Translations under genes and position numbers: made by a program
Notes under the pieces: generated by a model
What the model saw: the letters and a program-made list of their open reading frames with translations, nothing else
The model's database searches: none
What the model was told of the DNA's origin: nothing
NCBI GenBank assembly: GCA_023247795.1
Contig: JAHFFT010000005.1
Span: forward strand, 8,764-72,763
Origin: Candidatus Omnitrophota bacterium
GTDB taxonomy: Bacteria; Omnitrophota; Gorgyraeia; Zapsychrales; JANLHA01
Length of the DNA stretch: 64,000 nucleotides
Reading direction: 5' to 3'
Shown: piece by piece, positions 29,436 through 39,291 of the stretch
Layout of the letters: each line of letters begins with the position of its first letter
Numbering within the stretch: the stretch's first letter is position 1

Positions 29436-30209
29436 CTATTTAATTTTTCTCTTGAACCAAAAACATCCGCATCCGTATTCCTGTTGATCGGCTAATTCTG
29501 GAGATGCGTTCTCGATGAGTCCATCCGTCTTAACATCATCGGGAATTAAAGCAAATTGCAGCAATTCAAAGTCATCATAATAAGATATGATTTGTTTATA
29601 ACTGTAAATACGATGAGCATTGAACATAATTTTGGGACGGCCGATCGGAACGACAAATAGTAGATTCCCGTGAGGCGCTAGGACTCGTTTTAGTTCTGAG
29701 ATAGCCTTCAAATCTGCATCAGGATTGATGGGGTCTCCGTAACGCCCAAGTCCCACGTGCTCAATGACATGCATACACGAAAGCGAATCCAATGAACCAT
29801 CAGGAAATGGCAGAGATAAAAGATCTGCGAATCCTACCTCTAGACTAGTTAATTTTATACCTGGTGGACGATAGTCATAAAATTTGATAGGAATAAACGC
29901 TGATACAAGGGTGGTAAAATAAAGAGATGATGAAATATCAATGTGTTCCTTAGGTTTTGTCTTGGAAAGAATCCTTGCCGCCCAGCCTGTATGAAAAATA
30001 TAGTGCCGATCAAAAGGTGTGTCGGATGTTCGATCAAATAAACAAGGATAACGGTCAGACCATTTGAGGGCAAAACGGGTATTGCCATTTTGAGATTCAA
30101 AACGCTGAAAATCTTGCATAAACCATGGATAATTCCAAACATATTCTATGATCTGAGAAATCGTCCGTAGGATGATTTTTTTTCTATTTAAGAATTGCAA
30201 AATGTTCAT
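29436..30209 (-). CDS. Putative SAM-dependent methyltransferase (DUF268/Methyltransf-like)
   Basis: The 257-aa protein contains LDSLSCMHVIEHVGLGRYGD and APHGNLLFVVPIG, which are methyltransferase-fold motifs. Confidence 0.4.
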   Translation of the reverse strand: MNILQFLNRKKIILRTISQIIEYVWNYPWFMQDFQRFESQNGNTRFALKWSDRYPCLFDRTSDTPFDRHYIFHTGWAARILSKTKPKEHIDISSSLYFTTLVSAFIPIKFYDYRPPGIKLTSLEVGFADLLSLPFPDGSLDSLSCMHVIEHVGLGRYGDPINPDADLKAISELKRVLAPHGNLLFVVPIGRPKIMFNAHRIYSYKQIISYYDDFELLQFALIPDDVKTDGLIENASPELADQQEYGCGCFWFKRKIK

Positions 30210-30328
30210 TTAAAAAATTTATCCTAGTGTGGTGTTTCTAAGACTTCTTTTCATTTGGAAATTTTAGCCAAGATCTTCTCAAGTGTACCTGGAATCAAGA
30301 GTGACGTTTTAACCACGATTGCACACGT

Positions 30329-30559
30329 TTATGGTTCTATATTCCGTAATTGTCGATGAACGGTTACCCGGATGACACCCAATTGTTGAGCAACATTGCG
30401 AATGAACTGCCCCCCAGCAGAGCTGCGAGGTATCTTTTCCCTGATTCGCTGATCACACACCTTCAAACAAGACCAATTGGTCGCGGTGAAGTCGTTTATA
30501 TTTTTTGCCTTAATTCTCAACATACGCTTGTATGACTTTCTCATTCCCATACCGCCCAA
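30329..30559 (-). pseudogene. Truncated 5' fragment of an IS605-type tnpB (OrfB N-terminal region)
   Basis: The 76-aa ORF overlaps the tnpA 3' end by 50 nt. SYKRMLRIKAKN resembles the TnpB N-terminal AYKFRLYP motif, and the ORF ends after a helix-turn-helix-like segment. The rest of tnpB is absent. Confidence 0.3.
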
Positions 30560-30892
30560 CCGTATTCATGTAAAATCCACTCGTCCAGAAATGTCCACCC
30601 CACAACACCTTCTTAACTTCTTTATGCCTTTTGAATATCTCTTTCGCCGATACACTCTTCATTATTTGAACTATCCTGCTCGGCATCATCGCTGGAACAC
30701 TTTGAATCAAAAAATGCACGTGATCTTCATCCGTTCCAATCTCCACGTACTAAATCTCATACCGCTGACTGATAACCTCGCATACTTCTTTTAGCGTCAC
30801 CTCCACCGCATCGCTAAAAACTTCATTACGATACTTCACCGGTACCACCAAATGGTACAACAACAAAGTCTTGTTATGTCGTCTGATAATAT
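30510..30892 (-). pseudogene. tnpA: IS200/IS605-family tnpA (Y1 transposase) with a single in-frame TAG
   Basis: From a GTG start the frame reads MSEHIIRRHNKTLLLYHLVVPVKYRNEVF...ISQRYEI*YVEIGTDEDHVHFLIQSVP...KKVLWGGHFWTSGFYMNTVG...YVEN. The HxH and Y motifs are intact and the frame is continuous apart from one amber codon. Confidence 0.65.
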
Positions 30893-31024
30893 GCTCGCTC
30901 ACGCGATCATATTATCATGACCCCGGAGCAAGCTCCGAGGAATTCTTTTGATTAAAATTCGACAAAAAAAATTCCCTTCACGACCTCTCATCCCCAGCAA
31001 CGCGCTTGACAAATCGATCATGAT

Positions 31025-31834
31025 TCAGCTCTCACGATAGGCAAAAATGTTAATCTGAAAATCCATCTTCAACTCCTGTCCCCTATTGACAAACGGACAC
31101 TTACGCGCATCAACATTCTTAAGATAATACCGGAATCCATTTCTTGTCAGCAGTGCTAAAATTTGATCCAACTTCTGTTCTCTATGACTCCGACTGTGGC
31201 ATTCAATGAATAAATTCCTTACCTTCTTTAAGGCGTCGCGACAATCCGCAATGACTTCATATTCCGCCCCTTCAATGTCAATTTTAAGCAAATCAACCTG
31301 TTCTTCTTTCGCCAGCCATTCTCCCAATCGAATCGTTTCGACCTGAATGATGGCCCCATCCGTTTGATCAATAGCTCCGCCATCCGCCCCATCCACTCCA
31401 AAACGGACTTTCCCCGATGAGTGCCAAACGGCTTTGTTAAAAACTTCGACATCCAAAATGTTATTGTCCTTCATATTTTTCTGAAAGGCCGCAAAAATAT
31501 TTGGGTCAGCTTCGAAGGCTTTTATTCTTGCGTTTGGGTACAAAATCTTGAAATATAAACAACTTGTTCCAATATTGGCCCCGCAGTCGTAAATCACCGG
31601 ATCCGGTCGATCAGCCGTGAATTTATAAATTTGTTCAAAAAAAATTTCTCTGAATTGCCAAATGAACGAGGCACAGTCCGGAACAAAGAATTGATATCTC
31701 AGGAATCGAATACAGCGGGAGGAATACCGAGGAGACTTCCCAAACCAAAAAAGCAACCATATAAATTCCCGATATTCTTTTGACGTAAAGAAATCATACA
31801 CAGGCAAGGGAATCTCAATTAAAAATCTTTTCAT
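31025..31834 (-). CDS. FkbM-family methyltransferase
   Basis: The protein has DCGANIGTSCLYF and LLKIDIEGAEYEV. Confidence 0.7.
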   Translation of the reverse strand: MKRFLIEIPLPVYDFFTSKEYREFIWLLFWFGKSPRYSSRCIRFLRYQFFVPDCASFIWQFREIFFEQIYKFTADRPDPVIYDCGANIGTSCLYFKILYPNARIKAFEADPNIFAAFQKNMKDNNILDVEVFNKAVWHSSGKVRFGVDGADGGAIDQTDGAIIQVETIRLGEWLAKEEQVDLLKIDIEGAEYEVIADCRDALKKVRNLFIECHSRSHREQKLDQILALLTRNGFRYYLKNVDARKCPFVNRGQELKMDFQINIFAYRES

Positions 31835-31869
31835 TCTTTCCTAAATTAGACAACAACCAAGAATGGATG

Positions 31870-32973
31870 TTACAAATTTCTCGCTATAATTTGCAATAAC
31901 TCATCTGTCCTATGCTCAAAAGTGTGACTTTGCAAGGTTTTCTCTTGACCGGATTTCGCAATTTCTTTACAGATATCAGGATGCTTTAAAAGCCAGCTTG
32001 CCTTCTCCACGGCGTCCTGAGCGGATTTATATGTGATGCATTCTTTACCATCTATAAAAAGATCATTGATATTTTCTTTCCAGTCCGTTAATAAGCATGC
32101 CCCCATACCGGTAGTTTCAAAAAGCCTCATATTAGAAGCAAATTGAAAAGAAGAATCCGCGTGAACATTTAAAACAATTTTTGCATTGCCAATGGTCCTG
32201 TACATATCCAGTCCAAAAACACCATTCTTCAAATTTCTTTTTAAACTAAAATAATTAACAAGTGCTCGCTGCAAGCACAATTTCAGTAAATTAGTCTCAC
32301 TTAAATTGGAACAATATATTGATAAATCACAACTCTCGCTCATTTCCTTTAAAAAACCACTTCTAATATTATGAAATTGCTTCCCAGGCACAATTTGCCC
32401 TATAAAAATGATATCTTCTTTAAAGTCATCATGACCAATATCACTGGAGACCCGATTCTTAATACGAGGGGCAAAAGCGTGATGAAGCTGCTCCGCGTTT
32501 ATCCCTTCATCTTTCAATTTGCAGACAACTTCCGGCGCGCACGAAATGACAAGATGAAGCCGATCAAAGATTTCACGATTTACTATCGCACTACCAGAAT
32601 GTCCTATAAACAATTTAATGCTATTAACATTTGCTTTAATAGACGCTAATAAACTCGTGTCATAACAATTGAAAAAAAGCACATCCGGACTATATTCACA
32701 GATTTGATTCAGGACAATCGAATGAGAAGAAAGATTTTTTAACTTCCTTTCTCTCGCCCAACTCAACTGCATATACTTCGCATTAACAACAATGTCAGAG
32801 CTCTGGACTCCCTTTTCCTGAAGGGCCAATTTAAAGCCATCTGCCCAGGCATAACTGTCATGATAGATCGCCTGCAATTGTTCACTGAACGAAGCTGTTT
32901 GCAATTGTTTATTATTTCTATAGAAAAAATTTAAATACCTGTCGTCATAACTCGATAAAAATAATATTTTCAT
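31870..32973 (-). CDS. CgeB-like glycosyltransferase (group-1 / DUF3880-type)
   Basis: The 367-aa protein has a GT-B-like C-terminal half (IVLNVHADSS...FETTGMGACLLTD). Confidence 0.45.
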   Translation of the reverse strand: MKILFLSSYDDRYLNFFYRNNKQLQTASFSEQLQAIYHDSYAWADGFKLALQEKGVQSSDIVVNAKYMQLSWARERKLKNLSSHSIVLNQICEYSPDVLFFNCYDTSLLASIKANVNSIKLFIGHSGSAIVNREIFDRLHLVISCAPEVVCKLKDEGINAEQLHHAFAPRIKNRVSSDIGHDDFKEDIIFIGQIVPGKQFHNIRSGFLKEMSESCDLSIYCSNLSETNLLKLCLQRALVNYFSLKRNLKNGVFGLDMYRTIGNAKIVLNVHADSSFQFASNMRLFETTGMGACLLTDWKENINDLFIDGKECITYKSAQDAVEKASWLLKHPDICKEIAKSGQEKTLQSHTFEHRTDELLQIIARNL

Positions 32974-32974
32974 G

Positions 32975-33793
32975 TTAACGGACCTTTGTTCTTATAAAAT
33001 CATCGAGGCATTTCTTGTGAACGGCCACGACATTCTGAAAAAGGTATATCTCACAATACATGGGATTATATGGCTCCAATTCCATCAAACCCTTCTTTAG
33101 AATTCTAAAAATTTTGTACTCACTCAGCAGTTCACAAAAATTCAAAAACGAATTTTTTTCCATGATGTTCAACTGGCTAAATTCAAACTGAATAACATGG
33201 ATTTTGCCTTCCCGCAACATCCTTTTTGCACCCAACAAAACCTTCAATTCATTACCTTCAGCATCTATCTTTAATAAATCAATCATTTTAATATTTTCTT
33301 TACCGACAAAATCGTCCAGCGTCTCTATGAAAACATCATGGGTTGCCTCTTCGCTCTTGTGAATTTTTCTTATTACATCACGACACAAAGATGCGTGCGA
33401 TGAGCCATCATTATTTGCGTAGTCATATAATTTTTGTGTACCCGCCCTCTCTCCAAACCCAAAATTGAATGCTTTAAATAAACAGTGTTGCGCGTTTTCC
33501 TGCAATCTTAAATGTGTTTTGGGATGGGGTTCAAATGCATACACTTTTGTCGTAGGATTCATTTGTTTAGCACATTTAGAATACTCACCTGTATAGGCTC
33601 CCACATCAAACACTGTCAAACCATCTTCATCTAAAATATTAGATAAAAAATTTTGTTCTCCACTGCTTCTTAAATTTTTATAGTTTAAAATACCCAGACC
33701 TCTTAACCCAAAATTTAACAGCAACTTATTAAAATTAATAAACATTCTCCTTGAAAAAATGAAACCGTAGAGATCCAATACTTTATCTAACAT
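32975..33793 (-). CDS. FkbM-family methyltransferase
   Basis: The protein has VFDVGAYTGEYS and LLKIDAEGNELKVL. Confidence 0.7.
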   Translation of the reverse strand: MLDKVLDLYGFIFSRRMFINFNKLLLNFGLRGLGILNYKNLRSSGEQNFLSNILDEDGLTVFDVGAYTGEYSKCAKQMNPTTKVYAFEPHPKTHLRLQENAQHCLFKAFNFGFGERAGTQKLYDYANNDGSSHASLCRDVIRKIHKSEEATHDVFIETLDDFVGKENIKMIDLLKIDAEGNELKVLLGAKRMLREGKIHVIQFEFSQLNIMEKNSFLNFCELLSEYKIFRILKKGLMELEPYNPMYCEIYLFQNVVAVHKKCLDDFIRTKVR

Positions 33794-35096
33794 ACAAGCG
33801 CCCCCTCAACACATTGTAAAAAAATAAAGATTTCGATTTCATCTTAAACATAAATCTAGTCTTTCGATCACACAAATCAAATAAATACGTAGCAACAATT
33901 TGGGTAATGAGTGTGGCAAAGGCAGCACCACAAACTCCAAATCGGTTAATGAGGATAAGGTTCAAAAATATATTCACAATGAGCCCGGAAAAAGTTCTAT
34001 AAAACGAAATTCTTGTCAAATTCTCCGAGAGAAGCCACTTGCTACTTGCCACACCCATATAAGTAAATGTTCCCGCGCACATATAAATCTTTAATACCGC
34101 TCCCGCCCCCGCAAATTCTTGGCCAAAAAGCAAAAGAACCATCTGATCCCCCCATAGTAAGAAGGGAATGAGAATGATCACCGATATGACAACCATCAAA
34201 TCAAAAAACTGCTGCAAACGCGAATGATACAATTTTTCGTCAATTTTTTTAGCACTAATGATTGCCGGAAATAAGGAACTTGCTATCGCCATTGGGATAA
34301 AATACCATACTTCGCAAATCCTAACGGCCACTGAATAAATACCTACCGCTTGATCTCCCAATATCGATTTGATCATGAGTTGATCAATTCTCATATAAAT
34401 GGAAATCGCCACACCCGATAAGATCAAAGGAAAAGACGTTTTTAATAATCCTTTAGCAACCTCCATATCAAATTTCCACTTCAACAGAGAATGTCCTTGA
34501 GACAAATATATGCCGACTAGCCCAAGAGCCAATAAAAAACTGTCCACCGGAATCACCAAAGCAAACCAAAGTAAGGAAGACTGATTCAAAATAATGATCA
34601 ACTTTATAATGAACGAAAGCATGGTTTGAGTACACTTAGCAAAAACTACAAATTTAGAAGCCACCCTTGATTGGTAATAAAAATCAATAACATTAAACAT
34701 TGGAAAAAAAACACCTGCGGCCATGATAAGAATCAGCGATGCCGTAAGCTGGTCATGAACCGTGAATTGAACAAAAATAAAAATTAATCCAAAGGCAAGA
34801 AAAGCACCGATCATTTTCAAAAAAAAGGCACTCCCTAACAATACATTTTGCTTTTCTGGCATAGCCAACAAATCTCGAATGACGACCCCTTCCAATCCTA
34901 GTGACTCAAACACAGCAAATAATAATACAAAACTCATGGCGTAATTCAAAAGCCCATAATTCTGGGGCCCCAGATATCGTGCCATAAGCACACCTATTAT
35001 AAATAACATGATAAGATTCACAATCCTCTCAACCATGAGCCAAGAGGTGTTGTAAAAAAATTTTTTGAAATACGCTGGATCAAACTTCTGCATCAA
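33783..35096 (-). CDS. Wzx-like polysaccharide/O-antigen flippase (MOP superfamily)
   Basis: The 437-aa protein has about 12 predicted transmembrane helices. The N-terminus ...IVNLIMLFIIGVLMARYLGPQNYGLLNYAMSF is typical of a Wzx flippase. Confidence 0.7.
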   Translation of the reverse strand: MMQKFDPAYFKKFFYNTSWLMVERIVNLIMLFIIGVLMARYLGPQNYGLLNYAMSFVLLFAVFESLGLEGVVIRDLLAMPEKQNVLLGSAFFLKMIGAFLAFGLIFIFVQFTVHDQLTASLILIMAAGVFFPMFNVIDFYYQSRVASKFVVFAKCTQTMLSFIIKLIIILNQSSLLWFALVIPVDSFLLALGLVGIYLSQGHSLLKWKFDMEVAKGLLKTSFPLILSGVAISIYMRIDQLMIKSILGDQAVGIYSVAVRICEVWYFIPMAIASSLFPAIISAKKIDEKLYHSRLQQFFDLMVVISVIILIPFLLWGDQMVLLLFGQEFAGAGAVLKIYMCAGTFTYMGVASSKWLLSENLTRISFYRTFSGLIVNIFLNLILINRFGVCGAAFATLITQIVATYLFDLCDRKTRFMFKMKSKSLFFYNVLRGRLYVR

Positions 35097-35101
35097 TTAA
35101 G

Positions 35102-36298
35102 TCAAACGCTTTCCTTGATATTGATGTGTTTAATAATTTTTTCTCCTGATATATTTTTCATACAATCAAACCGACCATGACAGGTCGGAATCGTGTATCC
35201 AAAACGCGTGCAAGGAGCACATTCCAAATCTTCCGTGACCAAAAAATGTCGGTTACTTTTGGGTTGCCATTTCTTAATATTGCCGGGGCCGAAGATCGCA
35301 ATCACAGGTGTCCCGATGCTGCAGGCCAAATGCAACAGACCCGAATCTGGGCCAATGAACAACGAAGTTTTTTGGATCAAGGCGGCACTTTCTTTCAAAG
35401 TCGTTTTTCCAACAAAACTGGAAAGCTTATTCGTGGGAAATTTTTTTTCAAGATCAAGCCCAACATTAAGTACGTCACTGCCCCCTAGCAGTATGACATG
35501 GCGGTTTTGCTCGATGACATAAAAAATGATCTTTTCAATTTGCTGAAAATTCAGTCTTCGAATCGCAATACTGGCCCCTAAAAATATCGCAATGCTTTCC
35601 CGTGGGACACGCACTTCTGCCCAACGGCTGACATCAGCATCAAGCGTCAAACACCCGTCAATTTGTTCGGTAAAAGGTCGCTCAAATAAGAGCGAAGAAA
35701 AAAGTTCTGAAAAATTGTCGAGCTCATATCCATCCCTTTGATAGTCAATTGCCGCATCATAAAACTTGGCGCGTACCGGACGAGTGGCAAATCCAATGGT
35801 GTAAGACGCTGTCGCGTAATAGCTGCAAATGCCAGAAAAATGATGCCACTGTTCTGAATCCACGACAACGTCATAAGCATTTCGAAAAACCTCAAACAAT
35901 TCGTTGAACTCATCGTAGCAATAAATCTGCCTGAGCTGGGATTGCAAAAGCAAGAAAACCTCGCAATTTCGTCGTTCACATAAAATATCGATTTCTAATG
36001 CCGGCCTCTCTGCCTTTAATTTCTTAATGATTGGTATAAGGAAAATAGCGTCGCCTATTCCCCCAGGACGGATGATGAGAATTTTTTTAATTTTTGTTGG
36101 TAGGCGTCGATTCTTTTCTTTCGGTTCCAATATCCAGGCCCAGCCCGCTCCTATCAATAAATCAACAGCTTTCAAAATTTTGATTTTAAGCGGCCCTTCT
36201 GAATAAAAAATATCTTTAAGGGTGATTTTTATCTGGGCGTTACTCATGAAAACCTTTTTGTTTAAAAATATAAAAGCAAGACCGAATACATGGCCCAC
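35102..36298 (-). CDS. Family-9 glycosyltransferase (heptosyltransferase-like)
   Basis: The protein has ILIIRPGGIGDAIFLIPIIKKL, and a C-terminal GPDSGLLHLA motif. Confidence 0.6.
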   Translation of the reverse strand: MGHVFGLAFIFLNKKVFMSNAQIKITLKDIFYSEGPLKIKILKAVDLLIGAGWAWILEPKEKNRRLPTKIKKILIIRPGGIGDAIFLIPIIKKLKAERPALEIDILCERRNCEVFLLLQSQLRQIYCYDEFNELFEVFRNAYDVVVDSEQWHHFSGICSYYATASYTIGFATRPVRAKFYDAAIDYQRDGYELDNFSELFSSLLFERPFTEQIDGCLTLDADVSRWAEVRVPRESIAIFLGASIAIRRLNFQQIEKIIFYVIEQNRHVILLGGSDVLNVGLDLEKKFPTNKLSSFVGKTTLKESAALIQKTSLFIGPDSGLLHLACSIGTPVIAIFGPGNIKKWQPKSNRHFLVTEDLECAPCTRFGYTIPTCHGRFDCMKNISGEKIIKHINIKESV

Positions 36299-37140
36299 AA
36301 AATGATAGAAATCAACAACGGCTTATCTTGAAACATCATTTCTCCGGGATCCCCTCCGAGCTTTCGCACGTGCACAAGATACAGATACCGAAAAAGCCCA
36401 TAAATGACAAAAAGAAGCGAATAAATCATATTTTGATGCCCCCCTAACCGAAAGGCGACATCAGCCGAAATGGTGTACAGACCATAACAGATGATCGTTA
36501 AGCTGGAACAAATCATGATGATTTGATCCAGCAGATAAACCGAGTAATGAGCTAAAACCGTTCGGTGTTCTGACGCTAAATCCTTCAAAGTTGAAATCTC
36601 ATATCGTCTTTTCGTGAATCCTAAAAAAAGCGCTAATAAAAAAACACAGAGTTGCAGCCACACCGACGGCAAGACCAATGCTGCGTAAGACCCCGCCCAA
36701 ATGCGGATTTGAAAACCGATGGCGACAAAAAAGACATCCAAAATCACGATTTGTTTTGTCAAAAGATTATAGATGAGATGGACGATGATATAGACAACAG
36801 CGATATAAAAAATCATCAAATCGGTCATCCAACAAATCCCCAAACCAACCCCCAACAAAAATAAAATCAAAAGTGTGACCAGCCCAACCGGCAATTTCTT
36901 ACGTGCCAGCGGCCGTTGTGATTTGTCCGGGTGCAAACGATCCTTTTTGCTGTCTAAGAAATCATTGAATACATAAAGTCCACTGGCTAAAAAACAAAAC
37001 CCGGCAAAAGTCGTTGCAACATCGGTCAATAATGCTTTCTGAAAAAGCCCGCCAGAAAAAATCAGCGGCACAAAAATAAAAAAATTTTTGACCCACTGCT
37101 TGATCCTTAACAACCGCCAAATATAAATCAATCGTTCCAT
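36262..37140 (-). CDS. UbiA-family polyprenyl-phosphate phosphoribosyltransferase-like enzyme (DPPR synthase-like)
   Basis: The 292-aa protein has 8-9 predicted transmembrane helices. Its motif NDFLDSKKDRLHPDKSQRPLA closely matches the decaprenyl-phosphate phosphoribosyltransferase signature NDxxDxxxDRxHPxKxxRP. Confidence 0.6.
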   Translation of the reverse strand: MERLIYIWRLLRIKQWVKNFFIFVPLIFSGGLFQKALLTDVATTFAGFCFLASGLYVFNDFLDSKKDRLHPDKSQRPLARKKLPVGLVTLLILFLLGVGLGICWMTDLMIFYIAVVYIIVHLIYNLLTKQIVILDVFFVAIGFQIRIWAGSYAALVLPSVWLQLCVFLLALFLGFTKRRYEISTLKDLASEHRTVLAHYSVYLLDQIIMICSSLTIICYGLYTISADVAFRLGGHQNMIYSLLFVIYGLFRYLYLVHVRKLGGDPGEMMFQDKPLLISIILWAMYSVLLLYF

Positions 37141-37157
37141 GTTGCTTGCTCCTTTGC

Positions 37158-39101
37158 TTAGGGAATCGAAAAATCACCAATTGAAATGCTGTTTGCTTTT
37201 TCACCGGTTGCCATCGGCTCGATGGGAACCCTATATTGTGTTCGCGGAATGTAAAAAACCAATTCCAGATGATATTGACCTGGGGGCGAAATCGGAAGCT
37301 GCAGCCAATAACGTTCTTGCAGATACTCCCCCTTTTGCCAACGGGATGTCGGGTACCAGGTATATCCAGGAAGATGTGTTGACGCACTAACCAATTCATT
37401 ACCTTTCCTGATCACAATCTCCATCCGGTAATCCTTCAACACAGCGGCGTCCACCTTCCATTCAAAAACAATTGGGATGAGCGCCTTACGCGTCCCAAAA
37501 GACAAATCCGCCTTCACCTGAACTAATTCAATTGTTTTATCGATGAGAAAACTTTGGGCAGCGTTCTCCTCGACGAAGGGATGCTTGGCCCTTTCTAAAA
37601 TTTTTATCCCGGCATTATCTCCGTCCCCCCCATTCCGACCATTCTGAAAAAGGACCGTATTCCCAACAGCATCGAGAACATTCCAATCGGAACTCGCAAA
37701 GAAACGATCAAGCCGCGGAAACGCCCTTTCCGGATGATGATCGATTTCACTGACAATCCAAACATCCTCAAAATCGATCAGGGCAAAATCCACATTGCCG
37801 GGGAATTCATATGGTTTTCCTGAGATCCCTTCGGCTTCATTCAAGACATTCATAAATGCATACAGCTCCCCCCGATGGGAAAGCTGGTCAAGAAAACTTA
37901 ACGTCGCCATGACACTGCTCTTAGGCGGAATCTGATCAATCAGCCGCTGATACAGAGGTGCCTCCTGAACTTTCATCATAGCCAAACGCTCAATGATCCC
38001 AGATCGCTGTTGATACAAATTGATCATGCTCGCCATGGCAAATAGGGTCAGCAATATCCCATATACATAAGGTCTTGTCTTGTTTTTAATGAGTCGAAGG
38101 CTATGAAGGCACGCCAAGAAAATAAACGGCGAAAGTGTGGCGACATAATGATAATAAAGTGTCTGTTCCTGAAACGCTCCCGTCAATAAATGCTGGGCAA
38201 AAAGCGGTAAGATTGGAATCAAAATCTGCGGACTGAACAAAGGCAAAAAAAGCAAAGGCGAAAAAAGGTCTTTCAAATACGTCCATTTGAACGGGGTAAA
38301 AAGCAAATTCGCTATTTTGAAAGGATGAAACAATAAACTATTTGCTATTTCACCGGGAGAAGCTCCTAGCGCACCATAACAGCCTAAATATTGATTAGGT
38401 GAGCCCAGGCCAGATCTTATCATCGGGGTTAATAAAAACATCGAAACAATAAACATTCCGAGACCGAAAAGCAACGGAGTCAGCGTCCATTTCCATTTGT
38501 CCTGCTTTTTAAAAATCACCGCCCAGACACCAAACATGACAATCACCAGTTGAATATTTTCTTTAATCAAGCCAGCAAGAATCATCGTGATGACAAACGG
38601 CTTGAAACGGTCCTTAAAAAAGAAAAAGCACATCAGCATCAATAATCCTACCGCCAGGCTCTCGAAATGGAATTCGTAAAGCAAGGCGTAAACATTCCCG
38701 GGGTACAATAAAAATAGAACAAGGACAATGATTCCGAGTCGGGGATTAACCAAATTTTTGCCGAAAAAATAGAGGACATGTGCCGCGGTCATGAACGAAA
38801 AAACTTTTAAAAAAATCAACGTCAGCGGATGCTGAAAAACGGCATAAATAGGAACAAGTAAAAAAGCGATATACTCCGCGTGATTAGCCAAGAAATTCAT
38901 TCCCAACAAAGAAGAATGGAGTTCTCCCTTGGTCAGGTTCCACATGATTTGGGAATAAAACGCCAAGTCCCAGTCGTAATAGCCAAAGCAATAATATTTA
39001 TAGGTGAGCAGCGTCATCCACAACACAAATGCCGCCAAACAAATCGCTAAAGCCAACCAATCATACCTGTCTAAAATTTTAAATGAAAAATTCTTTTTCA
39101 T
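37158..39101 (-). CDS. DUF2079-like polytopic membrane protein, putative GT-C fold glycosyltransferase
   Basis: The 647-aa protein has many N-terminal transmembrane helices and an acidic first loop (YDWDLAFYSQ). The C-terminal ~250 aa form a soluble domain. It lies immediately downstream of the UbiA/DPPR-like gene. Confidence 0.4.
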   Translation of the reverse strand: MKKNFSFKILDRYDWLALAICLAAFVLWMTLLTYKYYCFGYYDWDLAFYSQIMWNLTKGELHSSLLGMNFLANHAEYIAFLLVPIYAVFQHPLTLIFLKVFSFMTAAHVLYFFGKNLVNPRLGIIVLVLFLLYPGNVYALLYEFHFESLAVGLLMLMCFFFFKDRFKPFVITMILAGLIKENIQLVIVMFGVWAVIFKKQDKWKWTLTPLLFGLGMFIVSMFLLTPMIRSGLGSPNQYLGCYGALGASPGEIANSLLFHPFKIANLLFTPFKWTYLKDLFSPLLFLPLFSPQILIPILPLFAQHLLTGAFQEQTLYYHYVATLSPFIFLACLHSLRLIKNKTRPYVYGILLTLFAMASMINLYQQRSGIIERLAMMKVQEAPLYQRLIDQIPPKSSVMATLSFLDQLSHRGELYAFMNVLNEAEGISGKPYEFPGNVDFALIDFEDVWIVSEIDHHPERAFPRLDRFFASSDWNVLDAVGNTVLFQNGRNGGDGDNAGIKILERAKHPFVEENAAQSFLIDKTIELVQVKADLSFGTRKALIPIVFEWKVDAAVLKDYRMEIVIRKGNELVSASTHLPGYTWYPTSRWQKGEYLQERYWLQLPISPPGQYHLELVFYIPRTQYRVPIEPMATGEKANSISIGDFSIP

Positions 39102-39291
39102 TTGAGATGTTGAATGTGGCTATCGACGAAGAGCGTCTATGAAATAACACTTAAAAGTACTGCTATATATTTAAGTATATGAGGGGATTTTGGGGTTTGC
39201 AAACGAATAAGTGATAAATTTCGGTTGCCGATAGGGCAGCAACTGGATCAAGATGAATATTCTTCAATTAAATATTGGGAAGGCCCACAGG

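Larger units (their letters stand above)
30329..30960 (-). mobile_element. IS200/IS605-family insertion sequence remnant (tnpA pseudogene plus tnpB 5' fragment)
   Basis: See the two component ORFs above. A subterminal hairpin GGAGCAAGCTCC lies at about 30925 upstream of tnpA. Confidence 0.55.

Noticed and set aside
30510-30892. In-frame TAG in tnpA as evidence of amber-codon reassignment
   Set aside because: It is a single instance, inside an IS element that also has a truncated tnpB. The other genes inspected in the window read through cleanly without internal stop codons. It is most simply a nonsense mutation in a decaying IS.
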